Assembly: GCF_026210795.1 (NCBI RefSeq) | Contig: NC_089432.1 | Span: 4,836,001-4,900,000 of the forward strand | Length of the DNA stretch: 64,000 nt | From: Rhizophagus irregularis | Lineage: Eukaryota | Direction of reading: 5' to 3' | Shown: positions 12,908-26,020 of the stretch, piece by piece | Layout: each line of letters begins with the position of its first letter | How positions within the stretch are numbered: position 1 is the stretch's first letter | The notes under the pieces: model-generated | What the model was told of the DNA's origin: nothing | Seen by the model: the letters and a program-made list of their open reading frames with translations, nothing else | Database searches by the model: none | Program-made: the position numbers and the translations under genes

Positions 12908-15900
12908 TGATAACGGAATCAGAGAAGAAAGTCGCCTGATTATTCCCCATCTAATTGAATTATTTCTTTTCCCTATAAAAAACTTATCAGAAAATAAATC
13001 ACATATCGGAGTTTTTTTTTTGGAATGAAAGCTATTTATCGGAATTTTCCTCAAAAAAATTTTTTATAGGATTTTAAGGGTAAAACTGTAGAAACACAAG
13101 TAGAGGAGAATGATAATTCAGAGCAATAATTAACAGAATTAAAAATTGAAAAGCAAAGACTACTTAAATTTATCATATGATAAAATCACAAAATTTTTGT
13201 TCGACATTTTATCGATCAATTCTAAGTAATTGATTAATATTGAACAATTTAATATATTCATTTATTAAATCTAATATTCCCACTTTATATTTAACGAAAT
13301 TAAATTTATTAAGTAATTTAGAAAAAAATCTTATCAATATAGTAATTCATTATTTTAAATTTGAAGGAATAAATAATTTTTTCAATGGGGTGGTTTTTGT
13401 CCAGATTCTTGATTTTGGTGTCAGTATGGATGTACTATAATACATACGAAACTGGTGTCAGGTTGTTGTTCTCGGACGGGCATTGTCTATATATTAATTA
13501 TGATTCTTGATTCATTAAATTTTGAATTAAAATTGAATTTTTCGAAGGTTAAACAAACTGGAAATGAAAAACGAATTATGAACAATTCATTTACTGTCGC
13601 CGTCATTTCTGATGTAGATTAATTAAAGGATGATCAAAAAAAGTTTTACGCTCGCGTGTAACTTTCTTTTTACGATATTCCTGCAATTTGGAAAGAAGAT
13701 ATGAATTCGCAGTGGTTTAATCTACCATTGAACGAGAAATGAGCATATCATTAAATAAGGTCAAAATTGGATTATTATTTTAGTCATGATAAGTTTTAGG
13801 GATTCAAGTTATAACAATTTAACAATCAAAATTGAGTAAACAATTGATAAATTTTATAAATCGTTTCACTTAAACTCAAAAAATTTAAATTTAGTTTTAA
13901 CACTTGGAATGAAAATATTTACACTACAATGATCAAATATATAATATTTAGGAATGTTGTTATAACTCTTTATCAATATGTGAAAAATCCATAATAATCA
14001 CTATTATTATTTAAACCTTTATTACATTAGAGATAGCGATTCTTTAATTATATTAATTTCAAAAATTTTAGAAATAAGAAAATTTAAATATTTGGCCAGT
14101 ACATTTATATAAGTAAATGTACTAGTATCTATCTCAATAAAAAATCTATCTCAATAAAAAAATTTTTTTATTTAATTTCTTGCCTAAAAAATTTTGTTTT
14201 GAAAAGAGTTTTTAAATACTTTTATTATTGGAAAGGACGACTTTAAAGAAAAAATTTTCACACTAAACACATGATCAAGATTACTAGTTAAATGAAATTA
14301 AGGTGAAAGGAGGAGTAAAGATAGTATTGGATTTATTACAATATTAACAATATATCGTTACACTTGTGCAAAAGCGAATAAAAGTGACGCTAATCTTATT
14401 CTTCTATAATTTGTAGCAGTCTAATCATCGAAATTAAGTTGATATTATATATGGTAATGGTATAGTACTTCTTATACTTCTTAACGACGAAGATTGACAA
14501 AAGTAAAACCATAAGTTTATCGAAGCTTCCAGTTGCATCACAAAATCTTGATCGATGGACGCTCCTTAAAATCACTAATTAAATTTTCCAATATCCATGT
14601 CGTGGAAAATTTTCGATAACATATCCATTGAATTCTACTTGTTCTCTAGCAATCCTAGAATGAAAATGAGCTATTAACACATTTATGATGAATAACGTAA
14701 ATGAATAAATAAAAATAATTCCCATTCTTTTGAACATTTTTCTTTAATAGTATCATGTTCAGTTAAATGTGATAGACGCAAAGTTTTTTTTAAAATGCAG
14801 TTTATAAATCTTGAATTTTCTTTTAACATGATGAAAGTCTTTGTTGCTATACTGTAAATACGAGATGAAATTCGAATTCTCGGTTGAGGATAATAATGAT
14901 TCCTGAGTTTGATTTGAAAATATATACAAGAAAAAAGATGAATCATGATAAATGATACTATTGATAATATTCCAAAGTCCCAATCATTCACTCCCGCATA
15001 GATTTAGTAAAACGCTGGTTCCACATTAGAATTTCTTCGAATCTTGAACATATAAATTTCATATTATAGATAAAACAAAACAAGGGTTTCAGTTTATTCT
15101 TACCTTTTAATTCACAGAAATATATGTTTTGGTTTTTGTGCACTTGCGATACTGCGCATAGGTACAAATTTCAACTAATTATGACTACAATTATCATTAA
15201 TTTAAATAACCATTTTTTTCTTTACTTCTTGTTATTTTCACTCTTTCATAACAAAAAAAAAACAGGTCAAAATTAAATGGTGATATTCTTTATTACATTT
15301 TTCAAGATGCATATTATTTAATTAACAGAAAAGACGAAAAATTTCTACATTCCTGTTTGTTGGTAAACAAACTTTGGTGTAAAATCATGATTCCAATTTT
15401 ATGGAGGTGCCCTTTTAATTGTGTTTACAAAAAATCATTATTCAATATTATCATTTCACATTATCAGATAATTTAATAAAACTACTAAAAAATAAAATAT
15501 CATTGAAGCAAATTTCAAAAAGCAAAAAACTTTCTTTCAATTATGTTAGATTTTGCAAATATCTTGATAATATTCATTGGTTTACATATGAAGGAAAAAG
15601 AAAAGGTTTATATTACACACGAAGGAACGAGAAATCAAGAGCTATGGGGAAAAAATGACGAAATAACTTATATAGTTTCACAGGTCACACCGTCACAGTC
15701 ACATTTACAAAAGCCACAAATCACTAGTAAAAATTACCACTCGTTTAAAATTAATAATTTTTCAGAACTTGGCCATTTTTCCCATAAGATAGTCCTATTG
15801 CCCATAAGAAAAAAAATGTCAACAATCAAGTAATTCGTGATAAAATTATCAATTATATTCAATAGTACACAAATTATTAAACATATAATATTTAATTTCT

Positions 15901-16970
15901 CGATTGTAATTTTAAATATCCTAGTTACAATGTTTTTATCCTTTTTAACCTTTATCTTTTTTTTTTACATTTTTTCTTTCTTTTTTTTTAAAATTTTCTA
16001 AAAGTATATAAAAAAATCACAATGCAATATCACATCATAACCTTCTTATATCATTATCAATAATGTTCAACTATAAATAACTCTTTCTTTACAAAGACTT
16101 CAAAACTTACTTTAGCGAAAAACTAAAATTTGCGAGTTTTCATTTGGGTGACAATCACGTGGCGGACAGAGAAATTCACGTGATCGATTTTTAAAATAAA
16201 AGTCGGTAATTTCATAAAATAGGTACCAACTAAATTTTTAAATTTAAGTACATAGTAAAAATTTTCTAATTTTTTCTTTATTGACATTTTTAAGATTGTT
16301 TTTCTTTAATTCTTTATAGACATAATAAAGTTAAACGAATATATGACTTTTTGAATACTATTATTTATATTTATACTTTTACTTGAAATACCTAGACTAA
16401 TAAAAATAAATAAATAAATATTCCACTAAATCCATAGGAAATTTTTTGAAAAAAAAACAAAAAAAAAATTAAACCTTATTTACAAAATTATCAAACTATA
16501 ACGCTAGAAAATAAAAGTAACGCCTCGGTAATATGTAACTATAATATCTAGAAAAAAATGATTATATAATATAAAACTGCTGTTAGATTAGAAATATTTC
16601 AATAATGTCCCAAAGATGAAGTATAAGCGATAAGGGAGATATTAGATAAATACAAGTTTATGTTTGGAAAGGTAGTAAATTAAAAAGTAATCTAATTTTT
16701 CTAGCATCCTTTAAAGACGAAGAAGGAATGAGGAAAGTGATACAGCTTTCGTTGGAATCAATTCAAATAATTTATATAATATGATCCAAAATGACTATTA
16801 TTAAGTGCAAAGCTTCTAGATAATGAGTATGGTATGAATGTATGACCTCTGTGCTAAAAATTAGCAAATATGGTTAGTATAGTACCCTATTTCATATTAA
16901 AGTCCATACAATATAGCTGAGGTCATAGAGTTGCGATCCGGATATCTATAGATAATCCTTGAAAACTCAC

Positions 16971-17919
16971 TCTTTTTTTTTTTGTAACGCATTTCTTTAT
17001 TCAAGATAAATATCCAACATCGAAATACCTAGAACCATACGTGCAACACGATAACAAAATTTAATCTATCCTAATACAAACAAAACAACAAAATAATAAA
17101 AAAAAACCTATCAAAACCTATACACTTTCTACACACTAAACAAAAACCTCTATTTCTAAACTAAACTACACAAAGTCTAACGTTTACAGGAAACACTGAC
17201 TAATCTAGAGAAAGATAATTACAATCCTAGCGCCAAGCCCGACCTTTTCCCACGTCAATCTCCGTGCCAAAACAAAAAAAAATCAAAGAAACCTTTTAAA
17301 ATTTTTTTTTCCCGAACATTTTATTCATGCAAAGCATGAGACTTGAGAACAAGGTTCCTTTCTCTTGCCCTCTTTGACCAAAATCCAAAAAAACCAAAAA
17401 TTATTTTGCCTGGTGTCAAAGAAAACCTTGTGTTTGTTTCTCAAAAATGTAACCACATGATACTGAGAATTTCTTTCACTACTCGCTCTTCCAAAATGTG
17501 TCGAAACCCACAAAAAGAAAAGTTAGTACGTCTCTCCAAGAAATTAGACTAGTCGGTTTTAGCTCCTAAGTAAACACGAAGATAATTCTAGAATCGACAG
17601 TCGCGATTGGTTCGAGGGCTCGCCAGTATCAAAAATCCAATATCACGTGATTACTTCGGACTTGGCTGATCCTCCTCAGATAAAATTGTTGCCGTAATTT
17701 ATCTCACAGTAAATCACCTCATTTCTCTTTAATCCCATTGGTTCCTCAGCGAATTTTCCATTACTGCTTTTGTATTCCGTCCGCGTGCTAAATTTTTGCT
17801 GCGCCGTCCTGAAAATTTTTGCGACGAAAAATTCCCAAGAAACCCCGAAGTCCAAAGAAACCCACATATGTCCAGAGTCGTCAAAAAGTATGCTTCTTTT
17901 GTTATTCTCCACATTTTGA
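16971..17919 (-). mobile_element. Retroposed (non-LTR/SINE-like) insertion
   Basis: 12-bp direct repeat TTGAAAACTCAC at 16959-16970 and 17920-17931; T-run at 16973-16983 is a poly(A) tail on the minus strand; GC content above the flanks. Confidence 0.75.
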
Positions 17920-18740
17920 TTGAAAACTCACAATATCTGTAATATCATAATATCCGAAGTTACTGCAATCCTAGTGTTGGCATTGGTATTAAAATCACGT
18001 GACTCTAGCGTTGCACAGGACGGATAATTCGATTAATCCGTGACGGATGATGCATCCAAAAAATTATCCGTTATCTCGGTTCGGATTTAAAGCGGATTAT
18101 CCGGATAGTCGTCACATCGAATTTCAGTGTCACCATATCATGTATACGCAACAGACCACACCATCCTTTTATTTATATTATATAATTACCAATAAAATTA
18201 CAAATAATTTTTTCTTCCTCTTAGATTTTTTTATGATTGGGGAGCATTTAATACAAAGTTTTTTGACAAGATTTTCTTTTGGAACAATTGTAATAAATGG
18301 TGAAATAATTAAAATGTCATGCAGCTAAAGCAGTGCACAATAATATCATTTACATACTATATTTGGATTTCAAAATTTTTTATATTTATAGAACGAATTT
18401 CAAAACAATGTAAAATAGCATAAAAAGATAACTTGTTGATTCTAGAAAATGTTTAATCGGATATTACTATTTTTTTCTTGCGTACGTTGTGCCAAATTAA
18501 TCTTTATATCCAATAATTTGGAATGATTTTCAAGTGTTACATTGAAAAAATTTCCTAAATGCATTGTTCTACACATACAAAAAAAAAAAAGAAAAAAGAA
18601 AATTTTCCTAAATGGGTATTATAAAACCACATAATTATCTGTCCTAATTTGAAAAGTGCCAAGCGTCAATCCATATTAATAAAATACGCAAGTTTTCTTC
18701 AAAATAATTTTTAGATACAATAATTTTCAACATTAAAAAC

Positions 18741-20528
18741 ATGTCCAAGTGGTTCTGCAACTCGAAAAAAAATGCAAACACCCAAACTTCTAATACGACA
18801 TCCACTTCTTCTGTTCCCTCTTCGCTTGCATATGATTTAGATAAATTAAACATCACTGAAGAACGTCTGAAACGCTATGCTGATGAAGCAAATATTCTAT
18901 CTTCTGATACTTCTAACAAAACGTTAGTTGCTAATACAGAAAATGATTTAAAGTCTAAAACTAGATTTATACGAGAAAAGGCTGTATCTAAAGCACTTAA
19001 TAATATCAAAAATTCAATGAAAGTTGATCTTTGCTTTGTTTTAGACTGCACTAGTTCTATGAAGCCTCATATTGCTGCTGTTAAAGATTGTATCTCACAT
19101 GTGACAAAATACATTATACATACAAATCCAAGCATTAAATTTCGAGTTGGTTTATGTGGTTATCGAGATCATAATAATAATTCTGGTCGACTGCTAATTT
19201 TTGATTTTACCGATCAACATGAACAATTTATTCAATATATGCATAATAACGTAAAACCTGTTAGTTCACTATATAATGATAGTCCGGAGGATGTTCTTGG
19301 AGGTCTTAACGCAGCAATAACTCAAATGGATTGGCAAAATGGTACTCAGGTTCTTCTTCATATTGGTGATAATCCACCACATGGTCGTCGTTTCACGACC
19401 TTAAGAGATAACTATCCAGATGGTGATCCAAATGGCCTAACCGCAGAAAGCGTACTAAATATGATGAAATCAAGAAATATCCTTTACTTTTTTGGTAAAA
19501 TTAAAAGTAATACTGATAAAATGCTTGAAATATTCCGCAGTATAATTGGAGAATTTCCAGTATTTGATCTTGTAGGAGGAGATCCGATTAAATTAATTGA
19601 AAAATTTATTAAGGCAACTTCATCATCTATTACTTATGCTCTTTCATTAACTAGTACTATTGGAAGCAATTCAAATAATTCTAAGGATATATATTCTTTG
19701 CAACAAAAAAAGCTCGATTTGAACCCAAATAAGCCTAATTGGGATACTCTTCCATTGCAAAAAGGAGTAGTTATGTGGTACCTCATTCCTGATACCTTGA
19801 ACGAACTTAAAAACCCAAATTATTTCAACAAACCGAAACTCTTTTCTGAAAGTTTCTCCTTCAAGATCGCCCAACAACCATTTTCTGCAGGTGTTGAAAA
19901 ATGTGCACATTTTGCTCTTGATATCAAGAGTAGTACGATACCTTTCACGCCTTTCATATTTAGACAACAAACAAAAGAAATGGTAATAAAAGAATACATT
20001 CATGTCGGGCAGAATGATCCTTTTGAAAAGTATCTTGAGGCGGTAGAAATTTCTACAGTTACATATTTTCTTTCTGAAGAATTTAATTGGTATGCAGAAA
20101 GAAAAAATATTCCCAAAGTAAATTTTCTTAATGTGAAACTTTTACGTTGCGGTACTATTGACCTTCGTACTCGATATTATACTATTGAACCAAAACTTCA
20201 AGGAGAATATAAACGATTCAATTCAAATACTGGTGTAATTACAGAACTTCGACCTACTCTTGAAGCATTTGTCCACTTCACATATGAATACACTGAAAAA
20301 TATTTAGTGGTTTGTGATCTTCAAGGAATTGAACTTAATGATGAATTCTTATTAACTGATCCGGCGATACATTGTGTTGATACTTTAAGATTTGGAAGAA
20401 CAAATTTTGGCGAAGAGGGAATTAATCAATGTTTCTTAGCAAATCATAGATGTAACGATATTTGTAAAAAGCTAAAATTAAGACATATTGATAATGGATT
20501 ATCAGAAAATGTAACAATTAAAGAATAA
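18741..20528 (+). CDS. vWA domain + alpha-kinase (eEF2K/MHCK family; VwkA-like architecture), intronless, 595 aa
   Basis: vWA: DLCFVLDCTSSM (MIDAS), GYRDH, PEDVLGGL, HIGDNPPHG. Alpha-kinase: PFSAG, VIKEY, IEP, KRFNSNTG, AFVHFTY, VCDLQG, LTDPAIH, FGRTNFG, HRCNDIC. Confidence 0.93.
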   Translation: MSKWFCNSKKNANTQTSNTTSTSSVPSSLAYDLDKLNITEERLKRYADEANILSSDTSNKTLVANTENDLKSKTRFIREKAVSKALNNIKNSMKVDLCFVLDCTSSMKPHIAAVKDCISHVTKYIIHTNPSIKFRVGLCGYRDHNNNSGRLLIFDFTDQHEQFIQYMHNNVKPVSSLYNDSPEDVLGGLNAAITQMDWQNGTQVLLHIGDNPPHGRRFTTLRDNYPDGDPNGLTAESVLNMMKSRNILYFFGKIKSNTDKMLEIFRSIIGEFPVFDLVGGDPIKLIEKFIKATSSSITYALSLTSTIGSNSNNSKDIYSLQQKKLDLNPNKPNWDTLPLQKGVVMWYLIPDTLNELKNPNYFNKPKLFSESFSFKIAQQPFSAGVEKCAHFALDIKSSTIPFTPFIFRQQTKEMVIKEYIHVGQNDPFEKYLEAVEISTVTYFLSEEFNWYAERKNIPKVNFLNVKLLRCGTIDLRTRYYTIEPKLQGEYKRFNSNTGVITELRPTLEAFVHFTYEYTEKYLVVCDLQGIELNDEFLLTDPAIHCVDTLRFGRTNFGEEGINQCFLANHRCNDICKKLKLRHIDNGLSENVTIKE

Positions 20529-23003
20529 AAAACTTTTACTTATTAAATTTTAAGAATTCATGATTTGTATAATTAGACAATTACAATTTAGTATTTAAGA
20601 TATATTACATTAATAATAAAATTCAAATGACATAAAAAAACTGATTATACGAATTTTTAATTCCATTTGCATAATTTTTATATGAGAACATACGGTAATA
20701 AATATATTCGCATAATTGTGTGAACGGTAGCGATCAGTTTCCTAGCAAAAAAAAAATAATTCTATTAATTTTTGTAGATTTATTCGAAAAATTTAAAAGC
20801 AAGTAATTTTATTGGCGATCAATAATTAAAAAGTATTTAATACTATATTTTTGTGGTACGGTAAATGTGACGCAATCTTTCCTGAGATTTTATTATTCTC
20901 TAGCTCTACACCTCAAACTTTCTCTCCTTTTCTCTTATTATTTTTTTTACTCTCCTATTTAGGAAGTTATTTTAAATATTTTACCATTAGAAAAATTCAT
21001 TAAAATCTGCCAAATTTTCAATTCCTATTTTCATGTTACTTTCTATACGTGGACGCACAAGATTTCTTTTTCTAGTTTCCTCTTCGAATTTTGCGAGTAC
21101 CTAGTATTTTTCATGAGCAAAATCCATGGTCTTATTGATTAAAAAGTATTTTTTCTTTTCCTAAATAAACGAGAGTGCAGAATTATTGTATGCAATAATT
21201 AAATATATGTTGCATAAACGTGAAATAATAAAAAATAATAAAATAATAAACACGAGATATGAAACTCACGTTCAAAGTTTATGTATTGGTTCATAGTTGT
21301 TCAAATGTTTTTTGAAATGATAATATCCTAACAACAAATTGTGTCTTTGTTAGTTTACAGGTCGTGACATTAAAGTTGGCCAGTATTTTACACAGTAATT
21401 TGCAGCACCACAATTGGAATTTCTCATTTACTTTCTTTCTGGGAATGTCTAATAATTTCCATTGACCTGGAAACAATCTAAAATGATTGTTGTTAAGCGA
21501 GGCCTCGGTTAAAACGATTTCATGATATTTCTGTTGCTTTTTGCTCAATGCTGAATACGGTAACATCTGTGTGTGTAAGTTCATTAAAATTTTTTTCCAG
21601 GATCCAGTTATAGATGCCATCAGAATTTTTTACGCCGTGCCATAAATGGATATGATTTTTTTTTAAAAAAAAAATATAGGCACACATATTTTTACTTTTC
21701 AGTATAAACTTCACTTTTGTTAAGTGGGAAAAGTTTTTTTTTTGACATTTAACAAATTTTTCCTTTTTTTTTAGAGACAATTCTTCTTGGACCTTCTGCT
21801 GGTATGCGGGGGAGAGGTTTTTTTTTGGATTTACTGTTAAGAATTTTCGCCCCTAATTCCATTGATTCTGGCTGGTGAACTAGGTCCGATTGATCAACAT
21901 CTGGAATATTTTGATTTGTAATCATTTATAATCTTCCGGACCCATCTGCCGTCATTTCATGGAATCTGAGGTAATTCCACATCGGATCCAATGGGCGAAA
22001 ATTTGTTAAGGTAACTATTTATGCAAATATGTCTGCTCGATATTCCTGAACAAATAACAAATTCTGATGCATATCTGCGCACATGGTCAGCGCCAAGTAT
22101 ATGTAAGCTGTTTTTTATATTTTGATTGTTTAATAGTTTGGGTACAGTACAACTTTTTCCTTTGATTATTTTGACGATAAGGGAGAGGTCACGTGCAGTA
22201 GTATTGAGGGTAATCCCGTGATTTTATAGAAAATTTGTCATATCTGATATAGTATTGGCCGGAATTATTCTAACAATATCCATATTCTCCATATGTTTTG
22301 TTTGTAGATGTTGTCTACACTTGATTTGTGCTGAAATTCTATTTGTAGTTGTTTGTAAAGGGGTTATTGTTGTTATTTGTCGTACTTTGAGTTGAAATTT
22401 CATTATGTTGAGTGGTATTTTGTTTGATCTTTTCTGTAGTTAAAAATAGTTCGTTGGCAAAATCTTCATAATTGTAAAAAGTCGATAAAAGTATGTTAGC
22501 AAGAGTGACGTAAGAGTATGCAGGTAGATACTTAATTAAGTTTGCCGTCGACAAATGCTTATTCTTCGTATACGTGATTTATAGTAATATTTTATATTTT
22601 ATAAAAAGTATTACTTTATATAAAAATTTTAAATCTTTTTTTTTTTGCTTTAGATATAAAAAGCACTGTTTCATCTTTCATTATTTTTTTTCCATATATA
22701 CGATCGTTTCAAAAAATATTACTAATAAGTATCAAATTTTTTAAACAATCAAATTTTCGGAAAATAAATCAAATTCCCATGGATTTTGAAATCCTAGAAC
22801 GACATTTTAATTTAAAAGAGAAATTTATATATTTTGATAAAAAAAAAATGTTTGTAATACTTAAGGATGATTATAAAAATTGATAAGATTTTTATTTACT
22901 ATATCTTAGTATACTAGTATACACTATTCTATAAAATAAAAAAATAATTAGTGATTTAATTGATTTACATATTATGATTTAATTTATTATAAATTAAATT
23001 TAT

Positions 23004-25261
23004 TTATTTTTTTTGAAGTGTTTCTAATTTATTTTGTGCTTTTTGAAGTCCTTTTTTGGCAGATTTTTCATACCAATAAATCGCTTTATCTATATCTTTT
23101 GTAATTCCATTTCCCTTTTCATACATAATACCAACATTATATTGTGCTACTAAACTTCCTAAATTTGCAGATTTTTTATATAATTCAAATGCTTTTTGCT
23201 TGTCAATTTTAGTACCAATACCTCTTTCATAACAATATCCTAACTTTGTTACTCCTTCTGAATACCCTCCTTCAGCCGATTGCTTAAATAATTCAAAAGC
23301 TTTATTATAATCTTTTTCAACACCATATCCATCTTTATAACATTTACCTAAATTATGCATGGCTAATATATTTCCATTATTTGCAGCTTTTTCATACCAA
23401 TAAAAAGCCTTTTTTAGATCTTTTTCAATACCTATTCCATTTTCATAACAATAACCAATTCTAAGTTGTCCACGTAAGAGATTTTTATTAGCCGCTTTTT
23501 CATAATATTCAAAGGCTAATTTTTCATTTTTTTTAGTTCCATGTCCATATTGATAACATCCACCAACAAAAAGTTGTGCTAATATATGATCTTTTTCTGA
23601 TGCATTAATAAATAAATTAAATGCTTTTTCATAATTTTCACTTGTCTCAATTCCCATAAAATTAAAATATCCAAGTAAAAAAATAGAATTTGAATTATTT
23701 TGATTATTTGGTAACCAATTATGAATTTCCTGTGAATTTGTATTGTAATTATCAAGATATTCAATAACTTGCTCTTTTGCTAATTCCCCTTCAGTTCCTT
23801 TGTCATAGGATTTATAAATTAAATCATTTATTTTATCAACTATTATACTAAAATCTTTTTCAGTTGAATATTTCTCTTGCTTATTTGATGCTATTATATT
23901 ATCAATTTCTTTTGTGTCCGTTTTATTAAAATTTTGAATAAGTTGGGATAATTCTCCTTGTGATTCCAAATTATTGATATTTAAACGGATCTCGTTAAAT
24001 TCTTGCTCGTTTGATAATGGAGGATTTTCCGTAATTATATCGGTTTTTGTAATCATTGCTTTTAACAAATCAACTACTTGATATATAGTAGGACGATTAT
24101 CTGGCTCACCGTCCCAACATTCTAAAACACAAATATATTAATTAAAACAATATTTAAATTATAATAAATTTAAGATTTACTTACTAGTATAAATTTTTAC
24201 ATATTCTTCGGGCGTGTCAGGAACAACCGTTTCTCTAAGACCTTGTGAAATTTCCAAAATTAAACTAACATCATATTCTTCACCTTCAGCATAAAATGGA
24301 GGTTGGCCACTGGATATTTCCCATAATAATACGCCAACACTGTAAACATCGCTTTTTTCATTTAATGAAAACATTTGGTTATTATTATTTCTTCGTTTGC
24401 TAAAGCTTTTCGGATCAACATAGGGAACCATCCCAAATAGTTTAGATTGGAAATTGGATGATGCTCCAATTCTTTTTGATAACCCAAAATCTGCCAATTT
24501 GATTATGTTTTGATGAACCAATATATTGCCGGAATGCTATTAGAAAAACATATATTAAATAAATAAATACAAATACAGTATGATTAAATAATAATAAATA
24601 AATTACCAAGTCACGATGGATGATCCCTTCATTATGCAAGCATGATACAGCGTAAGCTAATTGGTACGCCACATCTAATTTGTCGTCCCATGTGAGCCTA
24701 CTAGTAAAGTTTTTTTCCAAATAATTTCGAAGACTACCACCGTCAGCATACTCCATTACCATTATATAATTATTATTAACAATTTGATTGTCTAAAAAAA
24801 AAAATTGGAATGAAATTCTGTGAATAAAATTTAGATATAATACTTATTGAAGTCTCATTATAATATTTATAATACCTGATTCAAATTTTGTTATTCCAAG
24901 GCAACGAATAATATTATCGTGGAAATTAACTTTACGTTGAATTTTTAACTAAAATAAATTCAAATATTAAAAATAAAATAATATAGGCTAAAAAAACATC
25001 GTAAAAAAAATGTATTATATAATAAATTACCTCGCAAACAATTTCTTTCATGGTGACATGATTAAGATTAAAAAAAGTTTTTAACGCTAATTGTTTTTTC
25101 GTATTTTTCCAATTTGCACGGTATACTTTTCCGAAACCTCCAGAACCAATTTCTTGAATATTAGTAAATTGGTTGTATTCATAATGATTTCAATGTTCTT
25201 TATCAATAGCTTCTTCAATCCAATTAATCCATTCATTTTGCATTTGCTTATTATCGGACAT
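23004..25261 (-). pseudogene. TKL kinase-Sel1 repeat gene with a single in-frame TGA in exon 1
   Basis: Five exons; GSGGFGKVY, LALK, HRDLHSGN, DFG, then about 5 Sel1 repeats. Codon 24 is TGA (25192-25190) where the paralog has Leu. Confidence 0.8.
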
Positions 25262-25439
25262 AGTGAATAATAATATTGGTAGAAAAACAATAAAAAATTT
25301 TATTAACAAAATAACCCCATTTTAAGTATTTTATGCCTATTATTGTTGTACAATATCTACTCACTAGGTCAAATTTATCTTCATTAACCGCAGTACCGCA
25401 GTAATGACGTAGGATTACTTATTAAAATAAAAAAAATTT

Positions 25440-25610
25440 TATTGTTATAATAATGGAATTGGTATTAAAGTTGATAGACAAAAAGCATTTTAATTATATC
25501 AGAAAGCAACCGCGAATTTATGAAATAGGACAAGGAGTAAAGAAAAATATTGGTTAAGCTATACTTTGGTATGAAAAATCTGCCAAACAAAGTAGATCAA
25601 GATGCTAAAA
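25440..25610 (+). pseudogene. Sel1-repeat relic
   Basis: YCYNNGIGIKVDRQKAF*LYQKA ... WYEKSAKQ, with stops and frameshifts. Confidence 0.7.
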
Positions 25611-26020
25611 CATTTTACGAGTAGAAAATGGAAAATTTTATATATTATAATATTTGATAACAATAATATTATTTTTAAGCAATTTGTAATATAAATTTTT
25701 GTAAAATCTTTTAATTTTAATATTTTGATTGGTGTTATTTGTTTAGTTTGTTGTTCATGTTCATGTCCTGAATAAGGATAGTCGATGTTTGATCAGCTCT
25801 TTTGTTCTGGCTCACACGTGTGTGGCGTAGTAGATTACCTATCATCTAATTGTACGACTTTAATCGGAGTCCATTTATTGCTTAAAATAGTTAAGATAAA
25901 TAATGATAACATTGACTTTATTAATTATTTGTGTTTAGATAAATAATGATAACGTTAATAATTATTTCAGGGTTTGGGTTATAAAAAGTAAAATAATTTT
26001 TAAGAAATTATTCTTGAAAG

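Noticed and set aside
13400..14300. Possible F-box-like relic (IRNWCQVVV, RKFKYLA)
   Set aside because: Too degraded to support a call.
14400..15050. Possible membrane-protein gene
   Set aside because: Short broken ORFs with no recognisable motif or consistent splice model.
19671..20003. 110-aa antisense ORF
   Set aside because: Shadow of the alpha-kinase gene.
25190..25192. Selenocysteine or recoded TGA
   Set aside because: Aligned residue is Leu, not Cys/Trp; TGA terminates other genes here (e.g. both GTPases).
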